DNA from: Octopus sinensis
Lineage: Eukaryota
Length of the DNA: 64,000 bases
Direction of reading: 5' to 3'
Assembly: GCF_006345805.1 (NCBI RefSeq)
Contig: NW_021833774.1
Span: 12,572-76,571 of the forward strand
The position numbers and the translations under genes are program-made. This document shows positions 55,779 to 64,000 of the stretch, piece by piece (position 1 is the stretch's first letter; each line of letters begins with the position of its first letter). The notes under the pieces were generated by a model that saw only the letters and a list, made by a program, of their open reading frames with translations, did no database searches and had not been told where the DNA came from.

Positions 55779-58552
55779 CATCATCATTTAACGTCCGCTT
55801 TCCATGCTAGCATGGGTTGGACGATTTGACTGAGGACTGGCGAACCAGATGGCTGCACCAGGCTCCAGTCTTGATCTGGCAGAGTTTCTACAGCTGGATG
55901 CCCTTCCTAACGCCAACCACTCCGAGAGTGTAGTGGGTGCTTTTTACGTGCCACTGGCACAGGTGCCAGGGGAGGCTGGAAATAGCCACGATCGGTTGGT
56001 ACTTTTTACATGCCACCGGCACAGAAACCAGTCAAGGCGGCACTGGCATTGGCCACGTTCGGATGGTGCTTTTTACGTGCCAGGGGAGGCTGGTGATGGC
56101 CACGATCGGTTGGTGCTTTTTACATGCTACCGGCACGGAAGCCAGTCAAGGCGGCGCTGGCATCGGCCATGTTCGGATGGTGCTTTTTACGTGCCACTGG
56201 CACTGGTGCCAGCCACGATCGGTTGGTGCTTTTTACATACCACCAGCACGGAAGCCAGTCAAGGCGACACTGGCATCAGCCACGTTCGGACGGTGCCTTT
56301 TATGTGCCACCAGCACAGGGATCACAACTACAATTTCCGTAGTTTTTATGGATCCTGTGCATCTTCTACATATAAACACTATCTCCTCTGATGACCTTCC
56401 TGTTATTCCACTGCACCATTTGTGTGTCCATAGCTTACACTGGGTACACCATATGGAGTTCCTGCCTACACTTTTCCTACAAATCAAACAGGGACACTGA
56501 CCTAAAGTGGATAAGGTCTTGTCTGTTTTTCTTTTTGCTTACTAAGATCTTAGTCGTCACTAAGTTGATCTTAACACCTTTAGATTCCAGGTTTTTCTTG
56601 GAATTTTGCATGGAATTTCTCTTCTAGTTCTAATATAGAATCTGCTATGAGGGCAAGATCATCAGCATGTAGTAGTTCCCAGGGGTTGCCAGTCTTGAAT
56701 TCCTCTGTTATGGCCTGGAGGTCAATGATGGAAAGGAGGGGACTGAGGACTGATCCTTAATGAACAGCTCCCTCTACACCAAATTTTCTGCTGCACTTGT
56801 AAATAACTCTCACCTTACTGACTGTTTCTATAGATGGCCTGTACAGCTTTCACAAGCCACTCATCTATCCCCAACCTCTTCAGAACCCACCATATCACAC
56901 ATTGAAGGTTTTCTCTAGACCAGTGGTTTTCAACCAGGGTTCCTCGGAACCTTAGAGTTCCGCCAGTACAGTCTATGGGTTCCGCAAGAAGTTACAAAAC
57001 TGCTAAAATCGACAGTAATTTTTAATTCTCCTGTGCAGATATGTGTGCATAAGACTATTAAATTATTGCACAGGGGTTCCTCGAGCCAGTGGAATGTTTC
57101 CTTGGGGTTTCGCTCCAGCAAAACGTTTGAAAAGCACTGTTCTAGATAAACAAGTACTAAGTATAATGGTTTATTCTTGGCCAAGTTCCTCTCTTAAAAA
57201 AAAACATGTTCCTTCTCGAGCCATGCCAGGCTCATAAGGGCCGGTTTCTTGGTTTCAGTGCTGTAGAAATTCCCCACCTTGATGGCACACTGGTCCGTCG
57301 CAGGATTACTAATTTTTGCCACCTGAGTGGACAGGAGCAACATGAAATTAAGTGTTTTGCTCAAGAACACAGTGCATCGCCCAGTCCAGGAATCAAAACC
57401 ACACTCACCAGTAAAATTTCCACTTTTTTTTCTTATTTTTTTTTTCCCTAAAATTTTCCTTGTGTCTTGCAACCTTTTCAATAGTCAAAACTATTGAAAA
57501 GGTTGCAAGACACAAGGAAAATTTTAAGGAAAAAAAAAAAGAAAAAAGTGGAAATTTTACCAGTGTGTGTGTTACATTATAAGGTACAAAAAGAAAATTA
57601 CCCTCCCCAAACACAACAGAACTTTTATCATCGGTCTTAAATTTATTTTCACCTGTGTATATCTCTATCTCTTGCTCCTTCTCATCAAAGGCCACATTAA
57701 GAACATTTCTAAATCTCTGCCCATTTGAAGGATCCTTGGACTTCCACACACACACACATGCGGAGTTCTGTTTTTGATTCGACGGTCATTCAGAATGCTC
57801 ACAACAGCCATATTCCTACCACTCTATGTCATGCTGGTGAGACCCATAATGGAATACGGGATTCAAGCCTCTTCTCCTTATCTCCTCAAAGACATACATC
57901 ATCTCGAAAAAGTCCAGAAGCTGGCTACCCGCATGGTTCTAGGTCTCAAGCATTTGTCTTATGAAGAAAGGCTGAAGACGCTCGACCTTTATTCTCTAGA
58001 AAAACGACGACGCCGTGGTGATCTCATTCTTGCTCACAACATCATAAGCGGAAAGTGTAACCTCTCGAAAGAGCTGTTCTGCACTCCTGCTCCAGAGCGT
58101 TGGCTGCGGGGTCACTCCGAAAAGCTCTATCTGTGACGATTTCATCTCAATCAAAGGAGAGGGGCTTTCTCCGTCTGGGTTACAGATCCGTGGAATAAGC
58201 TGCCGGACGAGATAGTGAAGATGCCGACGACCGCTCGGTTCAAAGTCTCTCACGACCACAAATGGCCTGAACTCTTTGCATGAACACCCTCCCTGTACAT
58301 AACTCCATGTGCCCCTACATGGCCTTGCTTTTTGCTTTTTGAGCCAAAAACTTAACTTAACTTAACTTAACATACACTCCTCATCACTCTCATCCTCACC
58401 ATCTTTATTACCGAAATGAAAACTCTTTAATCTCATTTTTTGTTTTTCTTTGTTTTTATTCCAGGAAATTGGTGACGTTGAGAACTGGGCCCGCAACATT
58501 GAGGCCGATATGCGGACAATATCCAGCGCTTTAGAATATGCTTACCGTAAAA
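46421..58552 (+). CDS. BLOC1S1: Biogenesis of lysosome-related organelles complex 1 subunit 1 (GCN5L1); exons 46421-46481, 54079-54151, 55341-55473, 58465-58552
   Basis: The spliced product [57 protein letters not shown]...[41 protein letters not shown] matches the family signature; GT-AG introns with phases 1,2,0. Confidence 0.95.
47039..47310. mobile_element. Element with ~62-bp CpG-rich terminal inverted repeats
   Basis: 47042-47102 is the reverse complement of 47245-47307 with few mismatches. Confidence 0.8.
47310..48043. repeat. Tandem array, ~259-bp unit, ~2.8 copies
   Basis: catgtacat starts at 47310, 47568 and 47828; each unit contains taggcataactagtgatgtgtaccccaccgatc. Confidence 0.9.
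48740..48965 (+). mobile_element. RTE-type 3' end with a (GAT)n tail
   Basis: ggaagggcatccagccgtagaaa motif followed by ggacgttaaacgatgatgatg. Confidence 0.7.
49305..49710 (-). mobile_element. SINE family A, full length
   Basis: Matches the family consensus. Confidence 0.9.
49715..50440 (-). mobile_element. RTE-type LINE 3' region
   Basis: (CAT)n tail on +; same 3'UTR family as 55775-56330 and 58795-59700. Confidence 0.7.
50965..51285. repeat. AT-rich fold-back with ~85-bp arms
   Basis: attaaattagcgataaaaccactattaagcaaatcaaacagtgaaaaacataaacc pairs with 51200-51280. Confidence 0.8.
51681..52482. repeat. Two tandem 424-bp fold-back units (ccggagtaaacac...gtgtttactccgg) between (TA)n tracts; Penelope-like terminal repeat family X
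   Basis: Units start at 51681 and 52105; family fragments also at 27508-27590 and 44745-44880. Confidence 0.85.
51896..51943 (-). ncRNA. Minimal type I hammerhead-ribozyme-like motif (U4C variant)
   Basis: Minus strand: aaaaaCTGT-CCGACGA-ACG GCAA CGT-GAAA-CTC A GAG-U-A-ACAG gtttt, i.e. stem I, core, stem II with a GNRA loop, palindromic stem III and a GUA site. Confidence 0.6.
52860..53205 (+). mobile_element. tRNA-derived SINE related to family C
   Basis: Head gaaggcgcatggctcagtggttagagcg...ctcgaatccc; shares gagcaagacactttatttcacgttgctccag with family C. Confidence 0.75.
53220..53786 (-). mobile_element. SINE family A with a tandemly duplicated 5' half
   Basis: cgacgggcttctttcag...gccactc occurs at about 53464-53620 and 53631-53786. 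Confidence 0.9.
54285..54680 (-). mobile_element. SINE family D, two tandem units
   Basis: Reverse complement of the 38722-39320 units. Confidence 0.8.
54710..55260 (+). mobile_element. Repeat flanked on both sides by (TAA)n; longer copy of the 31175-31550 family
   Basis: (taa)n at 54688-54708 on the left, caataataata on the right. Confidence 0.7.
55525..56920 (-). mobile_element. RTE-clade LINE remnants: RT domains 3-6, a Cys-rich (PHD-like) segment, and 3'UTRs with (GAT)n tails
   Basis: Minus translation [33 protein letters not shown]...[41 protein letters not shown]. Confidence 0.85.
56921..57139. mobile_element. hAT (Charlie-like) MITE inserted into the RTE RT
   Basis: CAGTGGTTTTCAA...TTTGAAAAGCACTG termini; 8-bp flanks ctctagac/ttctagat fit the NTCTAGAN target. 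Confidence 0.85.
57745..58372 (+). mobile_element. CR1-clade LINE 3' end
   Basis: [13 protein letters not shown]...[35 protein letters not shown]...WNKLP; (CTTAA)n tail. Confidence 0.9.
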
Positions 58553-58794
58553 GTAGGTGGCTCTTCAGTGTTATCGTAGTCCTTCATTAACTGGATGTCC
58601 TCTTCATCATCATCATCATCATCATTGCCATCATTTTGACCCTTTTCATACCAATCTGTCTGAGATCATCTCTTGTTCTATGATACAAAACATCCTTTTT
58701 TCCAAGTAATTCATATCTAAATTATAACCCTCTCGCCATAGATTTTTTCTTTCTTTATGTAAAAACCTTTAACATTGAGTTCCAAGTCCCAACT

Positions 58795-59710
58795 TCATCA
58801 TCATCATCATCATCATCATCATCGTTTAACGTCTGTTCTCCATGCTAGCATGGCTTGGACGGTTCGACCGGGGTCTGGAAAGCAAGAAGGCTGCACCAAG
58901 CTCCAGTCTGATCTGGCAGTGTTTCTACAGCTGGATGCCCTTCCTAACGCCAACCACTCTGTGAGTGTAGTGGGTGCTTTTTACGTGCCAGGCGAGGCTG
59001 GCAGCGGCCACGATCGGATTGATGCTTTTTATGTGCCACCAGCATGGAAGCCAGGCATGGCGGCGCTGGCAGCGGCCACGATCGGATTGGTGCTTTTTAT
59101 GTGCCACCAGCATGGAAGCCAGGCATGGCGGCGCTGGCAGCGGCCACGATCGGATTGGTGCTTTTTATGTGCCACCAGCATGGAAGCCAGGCATGGCGGC
59201 GCTGGCAGCGGCCACAATCGGATTGGTGCTTTTTATGTGCCACCAGCATGGAAGCCAGGCATGGCGGCGCTGGCAGCGGCCACAATCGGATTGGTGCTTT
59301 TTATGTGCCACCAGCATGGAAGCCAGGCATGGCGGCGCTGGCAGCGGCCACGATCGAATTGGTGCTTTTTATGTGCCACCAGCATGGAAGCCAGGCATGG
59401 CGGCGCTGGCAGCGGCCACAATCAGATTGGTGCTTTTTATGTTCCACCAGCATGGAAGCCAGGCATGGCGGCGCTGGCATCGGCCACGTTCGGATGGTGC
59501 TTTTTACGTGCCACCGGCACAGGAGCCAGTCAAGGGGTACTGGCATGAGTCACACTTGGATGGTGCTTTTTAATTGCCACTGACATCAGTCACACTTGGA
59601 TGGTGCTTTTTACGTGTCACTGGCACATGAGCCAGTTAGGCAGACCTGGCCTTGTCCACATTCAGATGGTGCATTTTACAGGTCAACGGCACAAGAGCTA
59701 GTCAGGTGAT
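58795..59710 (-). mobile_element. RTE-type 3'UTR containing a 68-bp tandem array (~58997-59510, ~7.5 units)
   Basis: gctggcagcggccac(g/a)atcggattggtgctttttatgtgccaccagcatggaagccaggcatggcggc repeats with period 68. Confidence 0.85.
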
Positions 59711-59716
59711 ACTAGG

Positions 59717-59984
59717 TGGAGGCACATGGCCTAGTGGTTAGAGCAGTGGACTCGCAGTCAAGGGATTGCAGGTTCAAATCTCAGACCGGGCGATGTGTGT
59801 GTTTATGAGCGAAACACCTAAGCTCCATGCGGGTCCGGCAGAAGATAATGGCGAAACTTCTGCTGACTCTTTCGCTACACTTTTCTCTCACTCTTTCCTC
59901 CTGCATCTTGCAGCTCACCTGCGACGGACCGGCGTCCCGTCCAGGTGGGGAACCTATAAGCCAAGGAAGCCGGGAAACTGGCCC

Positions 59985-60015
<31 letters not shown>

Positions 60016-60300
60016 GAGGCACATGGCCTAGTAGTTAGAGGAATCGCGGGTTCGAATCTCAGACCGGGCGATGTATGTATTTATGAGCGAAACACCGAAG
60101 CTCCACGGAGCTCTGGCAGAAGGTAATGGTGAACTTCTGCTGACTCTTTCACCACACTTTTCTCTCACTCTTTCCTCCTGCATCTTCCAGCTCACCTGCG
60201 ATGGACCGGCGTTCCATCCAGGTGGGGAACCTATACGCCAAGGAAACCGGGAAACCGGCCCTTATGAGCTAGGCGTGGCTCGAGAAAGAGCAAACAACTG
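59717..60300 (+). mobile_element. Two tandem SINE family B copies separated by (TA)n
   Basis: ggaggcacatggcctagt(g/a)gttagag heads at about 59717 and 60014. Confidence 0.85.
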
Positions 60301-60789
60301 TTCCTCCTAAAGGATGGTGATACTAGCATCAACCACGTTTGGATCATGCATTTTACATACAACTGATATGGGAGCCAGTCAGTGGGCACCGGTCAGTGGG
60401 CAGGGGCCACAGCTACGATTTTGTGTGGATGGTCAACTGATAGTCTTAAAAATAAAATGACACAAGCCATGGAAATATAGGTTAAGGCAGGATGTCATGC
60501 ACGGAACGGCTTTAATTATGTAACTAAGCAACAAATACAGCCGCAGTGATGAAGCCACCACATGGTCCTTTGTCTTGCTAGAAATAGCACTGCCAGATCG
60601 CCTTCAAATTGTTCTTTAGTCAACACATTGGATAATGTAGCATGTGCATGCTGTGCTCAGTTGATGGGGTGGTCATGATTGGAACGCCTTTGATCGTGTT
60701 TGTAATAATGCCATTAATTAATGACCTTATATATTTAATTAACAAATTGATTTTACACACTCACTACTCCTCATCCTCTTGTTATTTCT

Positions 60790-61586
60790 CTCTCTCTCTC
60801 CCTCATTCTCTCTTTCTCTCTCATTCCATCTATCAGACACACATACACACACTCACATTCTCACACACGCTCATACACATATATACACGCACACTTGTGC
60901 ACATACCTATACATGCACATACTACCACATACACAATCCGCCTTGGTCTCCATCACCACCTCTCACACACACGCTCCCTCTCCCTCTCACATACACACTC
61001 CCACTCTCTCTCACACACGCTCCCTCTCCCTCTCACATACACACTCCCACTCTCTCTCTCACACACACTCTCCCTCTCCCTCTCACATACACACTCCCAC
61101 TCTCCCTCTCACACACACTCCCTCTCCCTCTCACATACACACTCCCACTCTCCCTCTCACACATACACACTCCCACTCTCACACACACTCCCTCTCCCTC
61201 TCACATACACACTCCCACTCTCCCTCTCACACACTCCCTCTCTCTCTCACACACACACTCCCACTCTCACACACACTCCCTCTCTCTCTCACATATACAC
61301 ACTCCCACTCTCCCTCTCACACACACTCCCTCTCTCTCTCACACATATACACTCCCACTCTCCCTCTCACACATACACACTCCCACTCTCCCTCTCTCCA
61401 CACACCTCCCTCTCTCTCTCACACATACACACTCCCACTCTCCCTCTCTCTCTCACACATATACACTCCCACTCTCCCTCTCACACACACTCTTCCTCCA
61501 CCTGTCCCTCTCACAGAATCTCCTTCCTCTCACTCTCTTACACATGCACCCCTTTCACTCTCTCATACACACACTACATCTCTCTT

Positions 61587-61630
<44 letters not shown>
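60790..61630. repeat. Pyrimidine-rich (CT/CA) minisatellite, ~26-30-bp units
   Basis: ctctcacatacacactcccactctcc repeats. Confidence 0.9.
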
Positions 61631-61697
61631 GTTTAATTCCTCTTCGACTCCTGTATGACTCCTCTCTCTTTCTCTCTCTCTCTTTCCTCCTGTATAG

Positions 61698-61759
61698 GGA
61701 ATGCAGCCATGATGGAGACTCCCCAAGACTCCCTTCCTGACTCTAAACTAATCCATTAA
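61698..61759 (+). CDS. BLOC1S1: Candidate terminal coding exon of BLOC1S1 (RNAAMMETPQDSLPDSKLIH*)
   Basis: Strong pyrimidine tract + TAG acceptor, phase-compatible with the donor at 58553; no homology support. Confidence 0.4.
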
Positions 61760-61918
61760 CCAGTACAATTCCTGTCAGCTTCCATGTTTCACCCACCACA
61801 TGTGGCATTTTGTAAGATATGCCTTCTTATCATCCTTCTTCTGTCTGTCTGTCTGTCTCTCTCTCTTTCTGTGTTACTATATATATACATGTGTGTGTGT
61901 GTGTCGGGTTTTGTCCTC

Positions 61919-62677
61919 GGATCTTTTCCGTTTGAACGGCAGTTTTTTTTCTAGCGGTGTCATATGAAATTGTCACCCATAATTATAACCCTAGTATCAA
62001 TCTATTGCATTTCAATCTGTTTTAGGTTTAGGGTTGGGGGGGGAAGGGTATCTTTTTTTCTTCACAAATGTAAATAAACCCAAACTGTTTCTTAAACGAG
62101 GGACATATTCATACGGCACAGAATGTTTTTTTTTTTTACCTCAATGGACATCATTGATTGGTTGAAATTGCAGAAATTGAAGAAAAATAACACAACAAAT
62201 ATCTTACAAACTATAGAATTTTCTCAATAAAGGCCACGAGAAAAAGATGTTTTATAAACACATTCTATCAGTATACGAAGTTTAAAAGTGTTTAGTTACG
62301 TGGGTCACCCATAACTATGACCCTAGTATCGATCTATTGCATTTCAATCTGTTTTAGGTTTAGGGTTAGGGGTGGGGGGAAGGGTATCTTTTTTTCTTCA
62401 CAAATGTAAATAAACCCAATCTGTTTCTTAAACGAGGGACATATTCATACGGCACAGAATGTTTTTTTTTTTTACCTCAATGGACGTCATTGATTGGTTG
62501 AAATTGCAGAAATTGAAGAAAAAAACAACAACAAATATCTTACAAGCTATAGAATTTTCTCAATAAAGCCAAGAGAAAAAGATGTTTTATAAACACATTC
62601 TACCAGTATACGAAGTTTAAAATTTTCTACTTACCTAGAAATTATGTTAAAAACTGCTGGTCAAACCAAAAAGATCC
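61919..62677. mobile_element. TIR MITE with an internal ~340-bp tandem duplication
   Basis: GGATCTTTTCCGTTTGAACGGCAG...CTGCTGGTCAAACCAAAAAGATCC; cacccataa(t/c)tat starts twice. Confidence 0.85.
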
Positions 62678-62842
62678 TTATCTTCAATCCAATGAAGGAC
62701 CGTGTCCAAGATGTTGTACATTTACTTTGTAACTGCCTTCCTCATTTAATTGTCAACTTAATAATACTGATAACATCAATACTAATAATATTAACTGTAA
62801 CTGTACCTTACACTTTTATTGTTTCTTTGTTGTTTTTGATTT

Positions 62843-62920
<78 letters not shown>

Positions 62921-63111
62921 CACACACACCACACACTGTATGTATATATGTTTATATATGTGTGTGTAATATAGATATATTTATATTGTATATTATATAT
63001 ATAATATATATATATAATATGTATATATATATATATAGTGAGTGGATATCATATATAAATTAGAGAGAAAAACCACTATTATGGCATTCAAACAATGATA
63101 GACATAACAAA

Positions 63112-63409
63112 TCTTTATATATAAAACTAAAGTTGTGTGTGTGTCCTGTCTACTCCGATTTAGATTCCTACTACTCCCACGTTTTGCGGTGCAGTTTAAC
63201 CAAAAGCGGGTATCTTATAGTCGTGATCGTATCGAGCCCGTCTGGCTTTAGTGCGCTTCTACGATAGTCTACTATTTTTAAAAAAATTTACCATCATTTT
63301 CTGCATTTTTAATGATTTTTGCTCCTTTTATATAAGGGAATAACTCTCTAAAAATGCTTATATAGGGTATTCCCTTACAAACCCGAGCAACGCCGGGCGA
63401 TACTGCTAG
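63112..63409 (+). mobile_element. Non-autonomous Helitron (internally shortened)
   Basis: A|TCTTTATAT...CCCGAGCAACGCCGGG..CTAG|T. Confidence 0.85.
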
Positions 63410-63506
63410 TCATAATAAAAAATAAAATTTTATTTGTTTATTTATGTTTTGCTTTTATGTCTGTCTTGTTTAATTGCATAATAGTGGTTTTCCTCTGATT
63501 TATATA

Positions 63507-63918
63507 TAGGCACAGGAGTGGCTGTGTGGTAAGTAGCTTGCTAACCAACCACATGGTTCCGGGTTCAGTCCCACTGCGTTGGATCTTGGGCAAGTGTCTT
63601 CTGCTATAGCCCCGGGCTGACCAATGCCTTGTGAGTGCACTTGGTAGACGGAAACTGAAAGAAGCCTGTCGTATATATGTGTATATATATATGTATGTGT
63701 GTGTATGTGTTTGTGTACCTGTGTTTGTCTCCCTAGCATTGCTTGACAACTGATGCTGGTGTGTTTACGTCCCCTTCACTTAGCAGTTCGGCAAAAAGAG
63801 ACCCATAGAATAAGTACTGGGCTTACAAAGAATAAGTCCCGGGTCGATTTGCTCGACTAAAGGCGATGCTCAGCATGGCCGCAGTCAAATGACTGAAACA
63901 AGTAAAAGTAAAGAGTAA
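63507..63918 (+). mobile_element. SINE family A, full length
   Basis: Matches the family consensus. Confidence 0.9.
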
Positions 63919-64000
63919 ATATATATATATTGTGAAATTTGATTTAATACTAAATTGAATTTTTCCCTGTAAGTTTGGAGTGATCCACAGAGGACCAGTT

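Noticed and set aside
58775-59583. Repetitive ORFs and a CRISPR-like appearance of the 68-bp array
   Set aside because: The units are contiguous with no unique spacers and the period is not a multiple of 3; eukaryotic RTE 3'UTR context.
60642-61740. Three overlapping 280-340-aa His/Thr/Ser/Leu ORFs
   Set aside because: All three frames are open because the CT/CA minisatellite cannot encode stops.

Overview
AT-rich, repeat-dense eukaryotic genomic DNA, most likely an octopus (inferred from the SINE families, the microsatellite load and the gene content). Two spliced + strand genes can be built with GT-AG introns and consistent phases. (1) A 6-exon, 650-aa secreted protein (26862-41949): signal peptide, an N-terminal domain I infer to be lysozyme-like with Gln in place of the catalytic Glu, a VWA domain with an intact MIDAS motif, a sequon-rich linker, and three 4-Cys chitin-binding-type modules. 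(2) BLOC1S1 (46421-58552, possible last exon 61698-61759). A second promoter + first-exon cassette of gene 1 lies 26 kb upstream (449-977). It has no downstream exons of its own, is phase-compatible with exon 2, and has a near-identical promoter/5'UTR but a strongly diverged coding exon. This suggests alternative, diversifying first exons spliced to shared constant exons. The remainder is mobile DNA: three R4/Dong-clade RLE retrotransposon families associated with (TAA)n tracts, CR1- and RTE-type LINE fragments, a decayed mariner, non-autonomous Helitrons (one with its empty site in the window), hAT and other MITEs, at least four tRNA-derived SINE families, TE-derived satellites, and several repeat families carrying minimal hammerhead-ribozyme-like cores.
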